Positions 13,757 through 27,519 of a DNA stretch of 64,000 nucleotides are shown here, piece by piece (positions within the stretch are counted from its first letter, which is position 1; each line of letters starts with the position of its first letter). A program made the position numbers and the translations under genes. This stretch comes from the human T2T-CHM13v2.0 reference genome, Homo sapiens. The stretch lies in the NCBI RefSeq assembly GCF_009914755.1, contig NC_060928.1. The stretch is one strand, 5' to 3'. The notes below the pieces were generated by a model. It worked only from the letters and a program-made list of their open reading frames with translations, ran no database searches and was not told the DNA's origin.

Positions 13757-14128
13757 GGCCAGGTGTGGTGGTTCACACCTGTAATCCCAGCATTTTGGGA
13801 GGCCGAGGCAAGAGGATCACTTGAGCCCAGGAGTTCAAGATTAGTCGAGGCAACATAGAGAGATCCCAATATACAACAAATAAAAGACTTTAAAAATTAG
13901 CCAGATGTGAGGTGTACACCTGTAGTCCCAACTACTCAGGAGGCTGAAGTGGGAGGATCACTTGAGCCCAGGAGGTAGAGGCTGCAGTGAGCCATGATTG
14001 TGTCACTGCACTCCAGCCTGGGAGACAGAGGACAGAGGGAGATGCTATCTAAAAAAAAAGAAAGAAGAAGGAAGAAGGAAGAAAGAAGAAGGAAAAAAGG
14101 AAGCAGAAGAAGAAGAGGAGGAAACAAA
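13757..14128 (+). mobile_element. AluJ with GAA-rich tail
   Basis: Full dimer with J diagnostics (ggatcacttgagcccaggag in both arms); perfect TSD gaaaatatactctga at 13742-13756 and 14129-14143. Confidence 0.95.
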
Positions 14129-14164
14129 GAAAATATACTCTGAGAAGCAGCCTTGTCATAAGGC

Positions 14165-14365
14165 GGGTACAGGTTTCAAGGTCAAGCCAAATGGGTCCAT
14201 ATCCCCATTGTGACTATGTGACTGTGGGCATGTTCCTTAACACCACTTTGCCTCTGTTTCCCTATTGGTACAAAATAAATAAATAATATCTGTCTGCCAG
14301 AGTACTTGTAAGAATTATAAGTTTAGTTTAGTGTCTGGCATAGAGTAAGGGTTAAAAAAATAAAC
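14165..14365 (+). mobile_element. MIR SINE
   Basis: 'ctatgtgactgtgggcatgttccttaac...gcctctgtttcc...ctggcatagagtaag'. Confidence 0.7.
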
Positions 14366-14539
14366 TATTAAAAAACATTTTATTAAAGTCTTAATGATTC
14401 AGAGATTGATTATTTCATTAGAAGATCATCATGCTTTTTCCCTTTCTTACTGCCTGCCCACATCACAGCTGCTTGTAAGTTATTATTCCATGGGATAAAT
14501 AATGAGATAAAATTTAATTCAGATGGCATAGCAACAAAA

Positions 14540-14770
14540 GTGGGAATAGGATAGGCATTGGAGTCAAACAGGCATGAACTGAGACCCTGAATGGCTTTGG
14601 GCAGGTTATGTAACCTCTCTGAGCCTTGCTATTTACATCTGTAAAATGGGGATAATCATATCTACCTTCTAGACTTCTGACAAGGATTGAAATATGTGTG
14701 TATGTGTGTTTGTTCACTCTCTCACACACATACAACTCCTAGCACTATGGTGGGAAAATAGTAGGTAAGT
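14540..14770 (+). mobile_element. MIR SINE
   Basis: 'tttgggcaggttatgtaacctctctgagcct...catctgtaaaatggggataat'. Confidence 0.8.
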
Positions 14771-15108
14771 AGAAAAGTACTGAATCAGTTCCAGTAAGAA
14801 ATATAGTACTCAGCTAAACTAAAGCTTCAGCATCCATCACAATTCATTCTTAAACAATCTTTACTTCCTCAGCTGCATTACTACCATGGATGGCCAAAAG
14901 AAGTCACCCTCGCCACAAAGGCCTTGCATCTGAGGCCATCAGATTTAGTTTCCTCCCTTAGGGACAGCCTTGGTGTCAACTGAAGTAGGTGACTCCAGGC
15001 TTATGGGGACCCAGCCTAGCGATACAAATGAATGGGGGCAGCAGGCAGACCTCTTGGGGATGTTCAAGAGGTACAGAAGCAGATGATGCTGTAGCTGACA
15101 CCCTATGA

Positions 15109-15494
<386 letters not shown>

Positions 15495-17611
15495 TAGGAC
15501 GCCTTTTTTCTAACCACTACCTCCACTAGCTAGAAGGGGGAGCTCCAGCTATCACAATGGAAATGACAGGGGTCGATCAGCTGTACAGGATCACATCTTT
15601 GGAAGCAAACAGCACAGGCAATATTTTCATTAGAAGCCTTTTGGTAAATTAATAAGCTAAAGGGTCACGGGATGCTGACAGTGATATGACACATGCATTT
15701 TTACATAAACATTTGGACTTCATGTTTCTAGTTTAAACATTTTATCCACAGAGATGTCTGAGTCATCTCCTCACAGTCTTCCTCCCTTCACTCTCCTTTG
15801 AAATAAAGACTATATAAAATGACAACTTTCTAAAGGAAAACATGCAAACGAAAGACAAAAATCCAAAAGTCACATTAACATACCATAAAATATTTGAATA
15901 TCTGTTTGGACCCCTGGAGACCCACCACATGTCATCCTGAAAGTAGCATGCAGAGATTTATTTTGTATCCTTTTCTACTTCCTGAATAATGCTCCCACTC
16001 AAAGTGAAAGGATTCCAATTTCATGGCAGGCTAGAGGGTGTTTTTTTCTGAAGCTCCTTACTTAACATCACATTGCATACAACAAAACATACCAGTCAAT
16101 ACCAGTATTATATTTCACTAAAATTTCTGTTGAAGAAGAAATCTTCAGAAAAGGCTCCTTCTTTTTATAAAAGAATTTTTTTAATTGACATTAAAAATCA
16201 ACTCATTCTGAATTACCATTTTTATATGAAAGTTTCTGCTATAGACAAAATGGAAAATCAGAGTTTCACTTTATCCAACATCATCCCTAAGAAATGCTTC
16301 ATACACAGAAGTGTTCTTTTTTCCATACGCCAGCAGCATTATTAAAAAAGAAACAGAAAAAAAGCTCTGGCATCAGTCTTCAATATTGTTGTCTAATTAA
16401 ATGGCAACGCAGTGGATGCGTAAAAATATGCATTAGAGGTGTGTAATGTGTAATGTGAAGAAGAGTAATCCAAGCCATTCAACAGGATTTAGGAAGGGAT
16501 TTCAGCTGGCAGCTTACGAGACAGGAGCATATAATTTTGCTAATTTGAAATAGGTATTGTAACGTATAAACATTACTGCTTTGCACATTTTAATGAAAAC
16601 TGCTTCTACACCAAAATGAATCCTTTAGCTTGAACTCTCTGCATACCACAGAGCTTCTACCTATTATGAGTTCAGCATAAATAAGGAAGGCACGCAAGCT
16701 GCATTAAAAGAATGGTCACCTCATTAAAAATAGGTTAAAACCAAGCCCCTATTCTAAGCTACCATAACACCATAAAGTAAGTCTGATGACAGGTGTTGTA
16801 TTAAATTTTTATATCGCAATGAACTTATACTCACACAAACCAAATCTGCATGTTTCCCTTGATATACACCTGCAACTTGTTAATTCAAGAAACTTTATTA
16901 AGAAAGCATAAATTTAGCAACACCTATAGATTTGTAAAGCCCTATTAGCTTGCTTGACAATCTAGAGTAAATGTATTTGGGGTCTTACTTGCATGGTTTG
17001 CAAAGACGTGGACACTACCCATGACTTTTTTCAAAAGGACGTGCTTGCAGATAGCACAGTTCCACAAATTGATGTACGCATATTACCTAGACTTGGAGCC
17101 AAAAGAGTTGAGAGAGATTTGGGTCCTGTGTGGAGCTGAGGACATCACTTACCTGCCAGCCTGCTTCTCGCTGAAGTACTTTTTTCCAGTCTTCTTCCAG
17201 CCTTGGGGAGGTCTCATCCATTGCTGATGCTGCTTGCACAAACTGGATTCGCCAGCGGCTGTTACTCTCTCTCCTTGCAAGCTTTTACCAAAGCAGCAGC
17301 CAGGGCAGTCCAGGGGCAGACTGTCATGGAGAAAATGCCATGCCAGAGGATGAGGGATCGGGCAGGAAGAACCCACCGGGGAACAAATTTGGGACACATG
17401 GGGCTACCCAGACAGATGCCAACTGGCCAAGCTGAAGGCCAGCTCAGCCATCAAGCGTCCAGAGATTAGGAACAACCAAGCTCCAGGGCCGGTGGACAAT
17501 GGGTCATTCTTATGCTTGTGGTGTAAAGGTCAGAAGAGGGAAGTGTGCAGGCTTGCTCTATGCTTGAGAAATATGCATTTCTATGTGTGCTCCCGTCTTC
17601 TCCTTGCCCCA

Positions 17612-17613
<2 letters not shown>

Positions 17614-17645
<32 letters not shown>

Positions 17646-17659
17646 GCTCACACACACAC
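17614..17659. repeat. (CA)n microsatellite
   Basis: Direct observation. Confidence 0.95.
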
Positions 17660-18011
17660 CAGAATTTGCATTGTTCTGCCAGGTTGCATCAGTGGGCTGG
17701 TGTATCCTAGAAGAAATAAACTATTTTACATAGTAGCAACACATTTCATTTGAATACATCTCCCCCAAAAAGCAGCGTATGAATCACTCAGCAGCCAGTG
17801 AACATGAATAATAGCAAGCTCCTTTGGGTGAAAATAGACTCATTCCCATAGTTGAATTCTGAGCATCTAGAGTCCCTCCCCTTCCCCCATAAGATGTTCT
17901 GCAGGCAGGCATTTCAATCCCACCGTAGGCCTCAACCCCTTTTCTAAATCAGTATACGAAATGATCAGAGGCTTCGGTTTGAATGAACTCCTCAAACTTT
18001 AGAAATCAAAC

Positions 18012-18176
18012 CCAGTCAATGCTTCACTAGCACTTCACATGCAGAATGATGCTGTCTCCTGATACTAAGAATTGCCCTTCACCCCTAGAGATTCTTATCT
18101 AATTGGTCTAAACTAGGACCCAAGACATTGGGAATTTTTTTAATGCTCTCCAGATGCACCCAGGATTAGAATCACA
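18012..18176. mobile_element. MER5-family hAT-Charlie DNA transposon fossil
   Basis: 'acccctagagattcttatctaattggtcta...ttttttaatgctctccag...aggattagaatcac'. Confidence 0.6.
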
Positions 18177-18199
18177 AAACTCGGTGCAGAGTATCATTT

Positions 18200-18600
18200 C
18201 AAATTTCTCTGATGTAATCACTCATCTGATACCTGAATCCACATGGCCCTGCCTATATCACTTAATACGGTAAATTTACTACCTCCCAAGACAGTCCTGT
18301 TCCATGGCTGGTAATTTTTGTCCCAAAATGAATTGATATCCTTCTCCCTGCAACTTCTACCCATGGATGTACTGCTTCTTAATTCCAGAAGGAATGAGAC
18401 TAAAGCCCATTCTACAGAACAACCCTTCAGAGATGCAAATATAGTGGTGCCCCATGCTCCCAAACTTCTACTAAAGTGTCTAATTTCCAGATTAAATATT
18501 GTTAGGTTCTTCAGAAAATGTAAGATGGTTTCAGGTCACTTCTCCATTCTGGTTGCCAGCCTCGAAATGTATTCTACAAATTCCCGTGCTCGCAGAAGCG
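18200..18600 (-). mobile_element. L3/CR1 LINE fragment
   Basis: 'actacctcccaagacagtcctgttccatggctgg...cctgcaacttctacccat...aacccttcagagat' matches the reverse complement of the CR1 3' region. Confidence 0.65.
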
Positions 18601-18689
18601 ATCATAATATTCTTGCTATGATCTATTATTGCACACACAGCCAAACAATCACATGCCTTGTTTGAAAAATTGCCACAATATCAACCATA

Positions 18690-18930
18690 ATCATCATAAT
18701 AAGAGCAACTAACAGTTACTGAGCATGGACCTAGGTGTCCGATGCTGTGCTGAGTGCTTTACTAACCTTGTCTAGCTTACCCTTTACAAACATTCTATGA
18801 GGTTATTATTATGCTCCTGATTTACAGATAAAGAATCCAAAAGAGATGAAGACATTTGCCTTGGTGATGAGGCCAAGAGTTAGTTCAGCTATAACTCCAA
18901 GGTCTACTCAATGCTACTCGATACTCTTTC
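18690..18930 (-). mobile_element. MIR SINE
   Basis: 'ttactgagcat...tgtgctgagtgctttac...tttacagataaagaa'. Confidence 0.75.
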
Positions 18931-19429
18931 ACTGATGCAGTCTCAGATCCCACTGGCTGTTTTGACAATCATACCTCATTAATACAGCACCTCGGTCAAT
19001 TGTGACACTTAAGTTTGTTCTTATCTGAAGATTATATAGGAACATGCTTTGTAGGCTGTAAACTGTCATACAAACCTAACTTGCCATTATTATCCTTTTA
19101 GTAATCACAAGACTATACCTTCCACCTCATCTCTAGTAAAACAGACACATGCAAAACCCTTTACTTGCCCAGTTCCTCCCTTTTACTGAGAATATACAGA
19201 TGCTTCTCAGAGGTTCTTCTGAGGTGTAAGAGAGAAAGGCCAGAAGACCAAGTTTCCAGAAAATTTCCCCAGAGACTAGTCTCAATGGAAGCCTCACCAG
19301 TCATATGGTTCTTACCCCATTTCCCTAAATCCTTATCAACAGCATCCCATAAGGACAACTGGGAGCAATTAGTTTTATCATTTGAATTGCATCATCTGCA
19401 ATGTAGTTATATCTGTTCTTATGGAAGGC

Positions 19430-19575
19430 AGCACACGAGTGGTTCGAAGCATAGTCTTTGAAGTCAGACTTAGATTTGATTATCAGCTCCATTATTTTCT
19501 AACTCTGTGTCCCTGGGCAGGTTACTCATCTTCTCTGAGACCTGGTTTCCATGTGTGTAAAGGGGAAGTATGCGT
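19430..19575 (+). mobile_element. MIR SINE
   Basis: 'tttgaagtcagactt...ctgtgtccctgggcaggttactc...gtttccatgtgtgtaaaggg'. Confidence 0.7.
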
Positions 19576-19577
19576 TA

Positions 19578-19978
19578 TAGTCTCAGGCACATTATTGTCC
19601 ACCAGTATCTAGTTCCCCTCTGCTTCCAAGCCCACAGCAAGATAGCATTTCCCTAACTCCCTTAAAATCCAGCATAACCACATGCCCTTTTTTGTCCAAG
19701 GAAATGTAAGAGGGTGGGTATTAATTCCCAGGGTGGGGGAGGCTTCAATAACAGGCACTTGATTCTCAGCCCGCTCTTTCTCTATTGCGGTGACTGCAGA
19801 TGCGTGTGTTGCTAAGTCATGCCTTAACACAGAGGCAGACAGGAATGCCGAGCCTGTTCTCAAGGAGAACAGGTGCCTTGGACAGTCACCTGGACCAACA
19901 ACAGGCATTATGTGAACAAGAAATAAGCTTCCAGTGTTATTTGTTAAAACATAAGCTAGCCTATCCAGAGCAATACAC
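19578..19978 (+). mobile_element. MLT1 (I/J-like) MaLR LTR
   Basis: 'catttccctaactccctt...tgtccaaggaaatgtaagag...tgtgaacaagaaataagctt...ctagcctatccagagcaataca'. Confidence 0.7.
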
Positions 19979-20742
19979 TTTCCAATTCAGAGTTGTTCTG
20001 AAAATTAAATTTAAAAAATCTAGCTAGAACATAGATCCCAGGCATTGGGTAGTCCTGCAATATTATTTTAAATAGCTTCCATTACAGGCCCAGTCTGTTC
20101 TACCCAGACTCTCACACTTCACTATTTTCTCTTCCTTTTCCAGTCTTGATTTTTCCTGTTCATAAGATACTGCATTAAGTGTCTCAGTTTCTAAAGATGA
20201 TGCAGAAATATGAATTTTAAAAAGAAAGAGCAAAGCATTCAACAATGCAGTGTGCCTTCATCTCAGAATCCAAACTCAGAATAGCATGACTTCCATGCTA
20301 CCGATCACTTAGCAAGGAAATTAATGAAAGCAAAGTGAAGCATCAAATAATAAATGTAGCTCTATATGAATTCAATGCTGATAAAACAAAGTACGTGTCT
20401 CCAAATTGTAAACATAATGAGAACATACATTAATACAGGAGCTTATTAAACAGCATAGCTTTTATTCACTGTTCTTAAATCAAGCACTAAAAAAAAAAGA
20501 ATAGGTTTTTTTCTTCTTTGTTGGATGTTTTAATTAAATGAAGGAGAAACTATAAAAATAAACATCAAGGAAAGTATGTATAATGACTCTGGCCAAACCA
20601 CGACACTGACATTTCAAGAACTCTAAGTCTTTTATTTCAAGCTCTTGTGCTTCTTAACACCACACAAACTTGAGCTTGCTCGAGGACACTGCTGGGAGAT
20701 TCTTTTTTTAAAGTATTTTCAAATGCAAGTGCTAATAACTAA

Positions 20743-21149
<407 letters not shown>

Positions 21150-21329
21150 TGAGGTCATTAGGGTGGGCTTTAATCCAATATGATTGATGTCCTTATAAAA
21201 AGGGGAAAATTGGGTCACAGAGACAGATGTAGACAGGGAGAAGGCCATATGAGGGTAAGGACAGATTCAGGGTGATGCATCTACAAGCCATGGATTTCCA
21301 GCAACCACCAGAACCTAGGAGAGAGGCAG

Positions 21330-21678
21330 TGTCCTAGTCCACTTGTGCTGCTGTAACAGAATACCTCAGTCTCAGTAATTTATGAAGAACAGAAACTTAT
21401 TTCTCGCCATTCTGGAGGCTGGGATATCCAAAACCAAGGCACTGGCAGGTCCAATTGTCTGGTGAGGGCTGCTTCTCTGGAGGGTAGGAATGCTGTGTGG
21501 TCATTTGGCAAAAGGGCAAGTGACTGAACTGTGTGAAGCCACTTCTATGAGGGACTTAATCACATTCACAAGGGAGAAGCCCTCACGGCAGCCTCATCAC
21601 CTCTTAAAGGCCTCACCTCTTAGTACTATCATGTTAACCACGACTGAATTTTGGAAAGGATCTATTCAAACCATAGCA
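21330..21678 (-). mobile_element. MST (MSTC/D-like) MaLR solo LTR
   Basis: Reverse LTR from tgtcctagtcc to attcaaaccatagca; TSD ggcag/ggcat. Confidence 0.85.
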
Positions 21679-21682
21679 GGCA

Positions 21683-22050
21683 TGATATGGTTTGGATTTG
21701 TGTCCCCACCCAAATCTCACTTGAATTGGAGGAGGGGCCTGGTAGGAGGTGATTGGATCATGGAGGTGGATTTTCCCCTTGCTGTTCTCAGGTTAGTGGG
21801 TTCTCATGAGATCTGATGGTTTAAAAGTGTGTGGCACTTCCCTCTTCGCTTTCTCTCTCTCTCTTCCGCCACCATGCGAAGAAGGCGCTTGCTTCCCCTT
21901 GGCCTTCCACCATGATTATAAATTTCCTGGGGCCTCCTAGCAATGCTTTCTGTTAAGCCTGCATAACTGAGAGTCAATTAAACCTCTTTTCTTCATAAAT
22001 TACCCAGTCTCAGTTAGTTCTTTATAGCAGTGTAAGAATGGACTAATACA
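21683..22050 (+). mobile_element. MSTA/THE1D-like MaLR solo LTR
   Basis: From tgatatggtttggatttgtgtcccc to aatggactaataca; perfect TSD aggca (21678-21682, 22051-22055). Confidence 0.9.
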
Positions 22051-22636
22051 AGGCATGAAATAGATTCTCTCTCAGATCCCTTGGAAGGAATCAACTCGGT
22101 CAACAAACCATGATCTTGGACTTCCAGCCTCTAGAACTGTGAGACAATACATTTCTGTTGTCAACACCATCCACTTTGTAGTACTTTGTTACCACAGCTC
22201 TAGCTGAATTAAAAAATAAAATAAATTTTGAAATAAAGTAAAAGTCATGGCAAGAATGTAATATTTAAGTAGAGTAAACTAGGTACCTTACAAAAACTTT
22301 TACTCTACCATTTCTTGCCTCAGAATAAACAACACACTTTCAGTACGTCAGGAGTGTGGGCCTGCAGTCATGCAGTTTAGCTGCTGGTACCATATGAAAT
22401 TTAATGTCAAATTGATGCCAAAAAGTAATGGAAAACCTTTTCCTTACCCACTGTTTTTCCCTCCAGATAAGCAGCATATTAAGAATATGCTGACTAATAA
22501 GAAATAGAGTTTTAGAATTTGTAACATTTTCTTTATGAAAAAGTTATATATATACGAAAAACCTATACAAAGTGCATCAGTCAGTCCTCCCTGATTTAGG
22601 ATAAATTCCTTTAGCTTATAGAATAAAAATGGGTTA

Positions 22637-22786
22637 AGCCAGGCACAGTGACTCACTCCTATAATCCCAGTGCTTTGGGAGGCTGATGTGGGAGGATTGC
22701 TTGAGCCTAAGAATTTGAGGTCACAATAAGCTATGATGGTGCCACGGCGCTCCAGCCTGGGCGACAGAGTGAGACCCTGTCTCAAC
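22637..22786 (+). mobile_element. Alu monomer (FRAM/FAM-like)
   Basis: Single arm of about 150 bp, gccaggcacagtgactcac...gagtgagaccctgtctcaa. Confidence 0.85.
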
Positions 22787-23444
22787 AATGGGGAAGGGAG
22801 GGAAGGTGGTTAAGACCGCATTGTAAGAATCGAGCAACTAAAAAATAGTTTTCCAGGTAAATTAAAACATGCATGCCACAATGCTAAATGCTGGTAAAAG
22901 ATGGTACTTTACCCTGCTCTGTTAGATGCAAATATTCAATCTAGAGGAGAAAACAAAAAAGTCTGGGGTGAAGGGAGCAGGAGGATATTGAGAAAATTAA
23001 GTTCCGAGCCAAGGAGTCCCCAGGCATGGAAGAAATGGATGATCTTTCACCTACCCATGGGATTTTGTACACACTTGCACTTAACAGCTATGATAGAATT
23101 TTTATGAGTCCCTACTGCCCACGTTATACATTTCCACTTTAACTTCACCTCAATGAAATTTTCCTAGACATGAATAGGGTATGTTTTCCCATAGATTTTA
23201 CTTCTGTTTTTGGTTTTTAGGTGGTTTTTTTTCATTAGATGCTAATAGCAAGGTATTTACCTTCAGAAATTTGCTTCACCAACAAATTCTAATCATGTAT
23301 CAAACCCACACTACTGGAGGTGGCTATATATTAACTCTATAATAAAACAAATAGATCCAAAAACATTTCTGTCCTAAGAGTGATAAATCAGAAGACTATG
23401 AATTCCAGCACTGTAGTCATTGTATTTCAGAAGGTAGGGAAATA

Positions 23445-24165
23445 GAGTACTGGCTTCCAGTTCACTGCTGCCCTGGAACAGTGATGCTCACCATTCTCTC
23501 TGTAAAATACCTAACCTGAACTGCAGTGACACCCATGGTTTTATGGCCAATTGAACACCTGTGGCTGGTGGAGTGAAGACTTTCTGGTCTACTTGTGTCT
23601 CTTGGCTCCCACGTACTGACTTGTAGGCTTACCAAGATTCATTTGCATTTGTCCCGGTCCTGTTATTGACAATTATGCCTGTTAATATAATTACATAATT
23701 CAATTAAATAACTATATCTATAAAATATGAGTTTGGATAGAAAAAAGTTGCTGTTTTCATGAAACAAGTCAAATGATTTGGAAAGAAAAGTTACTCTTCA
23801 AAAAGTTGTTATTGGAGGGCCAGGAATCCTAAAAACCTATACAGATTCTGTACTCAGGTTGTTGGACATTGTCTTTAAATTCTTGATTCACTTTAGAGAA
23901 ACTAAAACTGAAATTTGTAGAGTTACTTTAAGGCTATGGCTTACATGGGAAAAACTTCAGAATTTCTCTTTGTGGATCCATATTTAGAGAAAAGGCCTTG
24001 GCTCCACAGCAAAATAGTGGCAAATACATGTGCATTTATATGTTTTAAGCAAAAGTCAAATGTTTTGTGTCTGCATATCATTTATGATTTCCCAATTTAA
24101 TCAATTTATGTGATTAACCAGTGAACTACCATTTTCAGTTGTATGGAATAAGAAAGCTTCTATTA
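23445..24165 (+). mobile_element. Tigger13a-like TcMar-Tigger DNA transposon fossil
   Basis: 'atgagtttggatagaaaaaagttgctgttttcatgaaa...gattctgtactcag...gaaactaaaactgaaa...gaaaaggccttggc...gattaaccagtgaactacc...ggaataagaaagcttcta' is collinear with the recalled consensus. Confidence 0.7.
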
Positions 24166-25554
24166 CAAAAAAGAACATAATAAACCAGGAAGGACTTTTT
24201 CTTAACCTACTCAAAATGAACAGAGATAGAAAGCAAAAGACCCAAATATTCAAACCAAGAAACAGAATCCATTTCAATACTTAAGTGTACTTATATCGCT
24301 TAAGTGAGAAATAACCTGGCTGTCACTACAAACATTATATTTTGTATGAATCTGAGCCATGTAGATGCCAATTAATTACTGCATGGCATTACTATGTCTT
24401 TCTATAACTGTGTAATAATACCAACTGACTGTGATCAGAAGGATTTAGTAGACATTTATTAATGGAAATCAGATGACTTCATCCACAGTGTCTAAATTAC
24501 TTTGACATGTTTGTGCCCGAAGCAAAATAATGTAATAAAAAACAACATATAGATGAGAACCTCAATTTTTCTGTACATATGAATCTGTCACTGATTTGCA
24601 AAGAATCAAATATAAGTCCAACCAGGTGAAGACATTCAATACATCATCCTTCCCAATTCAGTATAAAACTAATACTGGCCTTTCCAGTATGTTTATATCC
24701 TGTTCCTGACTTTGTGATATGCTGGGCATCAAGAGAGCCCAGAGACACAGGGTATTGCCTTAGCAAATGTTAATCCCAGCAGAGATAAATTACAGAATAC
24801 TGTCTTTAAAGTTTCCTTTAAAGACTATCTGAAGTCATAAGCCCCCAGAAATAATCAAAAACTAATGAGTAGAGTGGGAATGCAGATCTAATGACTAGAT
24901 TGAATGAAAAACAAAAGGGCTATACGATATATTTGAGGGAAGCTGGAAACTTCTTCCCCTCATTCTCTCCCTCCTGCAAAAAAAAAAAAAAAAAAAAAAG
25001 ACCCCCAGCAGTCTAAAAATCCCACCTGCCATATCTTTTGATTTTAAAACCTTTTCTGTCATTGTCTATGAAATTCAAACACTCCTAGGAGGGGTAGCCT
25101 GAAGCTTTATCTTCTGACATTGTGTTACAAGTTATTTTCCAGTTCAGCTTGGAGAGCAGGACTCTCTGCAGCCAGGCAAGGAGCACGGATGGGATGAAAG
25201 GAGCCTTACACATGGCTAGATGAGAGGAGCCGGGGGATTGCTAAACTCCCCTAGGCACAAATTGATTTACAAAATATGAATTTAAAGGTTCTGGAAAGTT
25301 GGGACTTTGGAAATGACCAAATTCTTTTGATTGCAGATTATTAGAAACTATCCAATTGGTTTACGTACTTGTAACATAACTAGGTTCTTGTGGCTGTTGT
25401 AAAATGTAAGTTGGGGAGGGGATGTGGGATGTTTCTTCCCTCTCCATTTACTCGTAATACCAACATCCTAATGTAAGGGGAACCTCAGACAGGGTGCAAG
25501 AATTTCAAAATGGGAGAGAATTAAGAAGGCAATTTGGAAGGTGAGCTAAGGCTG

Positions 25555-25910
25555 CGTTACTCAAAGAGGTACAGACCAGCATCACTTAGGAGCTTGTTAG
25601 AAATGAACAATGAGAACACTTGGGCACAGGAAGGGGAACATCACACACCGGGGGCCTGTTGTGGGGTGGGGGGAGGGGGGAGGGATAGCACTAGGAGATA
25701 TACCTAATGTAAATGACGAGTTAATGGGTGCAGCACACCAACATGGCACATGTGTACATATGTAACAAACCTGCATGTTGTGCACATGTATCCTAGAACT
25801 TAAAGTATAATTAATATATATATAAAGCAGAATCTCAGGCCCCACTCCAGACCTACAGTATTTTATTTTCATTTTAACAAGGCTGATTCATTAAGTTTAA
25901 GAAGCAATGG
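25555..25910. mobile_element. MER5A DNA transposon interrupted by L1PA
   Basis: 'agcatcacttaggagcttgttagaaatg' and 'gcagaatctcaggccccactccagaccta...ttttaacaag...aagtttaagaagca' flank the L1. Confidence 0.8.
25604..25826 (+). mobile_element. L1PA (PA4/5-like) 3' end, 5'-truncated
   Basis: Near-consensus L1PA 3' UTR: gaacaatgagaacacttgg...G-rich tract...tagaacttaaagtataat. Confidence 0.95.
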
Positions 25911-26738
25911 GCTACGGACACTTACCTTGAAGGTCTATTGGCATATGAAGCTTTATTTCTTTATTTTTAACCTAGAGCACAGGCTTAGGTTGGATTTGGA
26001 ACAGAATGACTGATCCACATTATGGGGAAGAATTTAGCACCCTACCAAGAAACTGCTTGTCACTACCTCTGGAGAACTTTCTCAGGGATCTCATTTTTCA
26101 AAATTCTGCAAGGATTTTTAGAGGCATGATCCAGTAGGTGCAAATGGCAGGACTCCAGCCCTTAAATCACCCAACACCTTCGACATACGTGGCTATTCCA
26201 CTTAATAGTTCAGAAAAACAGCTGATGACAAGTGCATGACGCCGCCTCTGGACGTTCAGATGACTGATTTTGTATAAATCAATATTGAGTGCCACAAAAT
26301 GTCAGAAAATACCAAATGAGGAGAAAAGAATCAATAGATAACCTTGGAATTAAATGAGTGATGAATAATCTTTACCAACTAAAATAAATTAAACTATGAA
26401 AACCAGGTTAAAGCAATATCAAGGGTCTGGCATAAAACCACAAAAAAATATATAATTTACAGGTAAGGCCGCTTGCGAGTAACATGGCTGTTCATTTTTT
26501 TCTTCCCAGGAAAGCATTATGACGGGAACTGCAAAATAAGAGCTGAATTCATACTTTCTAGCTTCTGTCTAAACAGCCATAATTTTTTAAGGTTCTACAA
26601 CAAATAAACTACAATTTACAGGTGCAGACCATGTATTAACCTAACATCCATAAAACTGAGCATGCATTTGCTTAACACTTTCAGGGAGGAGGTGGTAAGA
26701 GTAGAAAGACAAATTCTATGATTTATTTAATTTACTTT

Positions 26739-27131
26739 TGATAGGGTTTGGATCTGCATCTGCACCCAAATCTCATATCGAATTGTAATCTCCACTGTTG
26801 GAGGTGGGGCCTGGTGGGAGGTGATTGGAACACGGAAGTGGTTTCTAATGGATTAGCACCATCCCCCTAGTGCTGTCTTGTAATAGAGTTCTCACGAGAT
26901 CTGGTTGTTTAAAAGTATGTATCACCTTCAACCCCTTTCTTCCTGCTCCAGCCACATGAAAAAGGTGCCTGCTTCTCCTGCGCCTTCTGCCATGATTGTA
27001 CGTTTCCTGAGGTCTCACCAGCCATGCTTCCTGTACAGTCTGCAGAACTGTGAGCCAATTAAACCTCTTTTCTGTATAAATAACCAAGTCTCAGGTATTT
27101 CTTTATAGCAATGCAAGAATGGACTAATATA
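26739..27131 (+). mobile_element. MSTA-like MaLR solo LTR
   Basis: From tgatagggtttggatctg to aatggactaatata; perfect TSD acttt. Confidence 0.92.
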
Positions 27132-27159
27132 ACTTTATTTCAGATTTTAAGTGTGCCTA

Positions 27160-27320
27160 TCAGAAATGTTCTCCACATGAAGAAATGATAAATATTTGAA
27201 GTAACAGTTACCCTAATTACCCTGCTTTTATCTTTACACATTGTACGCATGTAACAAAATATCACACGTACCCCATACATATGTAAAATTATAAGGTATC
27301 CATTTTTTAAGAAAAATGTA
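27160..27320 (+). mobile_element. L1MA 3' terminal fragment
   Basis: 'aaatgttctccacatgaagaaatgataaatatttga...taattaccctg...tacacattgta...gtaccccata'. Confidence 0.8.
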
Positions 27321-27519
27321 AATTTATAAACAGACCAAACTGGATTTCAGAATTCAAATTCAAATGTGTTTCCAAGTCTGAAACTGACATCATAGATACA
27401 CCCAGTGCTGTAATAGAAATCAATATAAATGTCTTTCTTCATGAGTAAACAGATGCAAAGTCATGTTTTTACATCATTTTGTTTTTGTCCCAGAATACGT
27501 TCATGGATTCGAAAAGCAC

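Noticed and set aside
14699-14734. 11-bp inverted repeat tgtatgtgtgt/acacacataca
   Set aside because: Low-complexity TG/CA arms inside a MIR; not significant.
17147-17155. Perfect minus-strand splice donor (others near 25920, and on + near 11077 and 14762)
   Set aside because: One or a few AGGTAAGT matches per strand are expected by chance in 64 kb, and no convincing acceptor was found.
24978-24999. Isolated poly-A run (others near 29287 and 49607)
   Set aside because: No flanking TSD or upstream element; ordinary mononucleotide expansions.
25595-25835. L1PA in MER5A apparently lacking a TSD
   Set aside because: A short TSD (agaaatg) could simply be eroded by the (TA)n tail, so endonuclease-independent insertion cannot be claimed.
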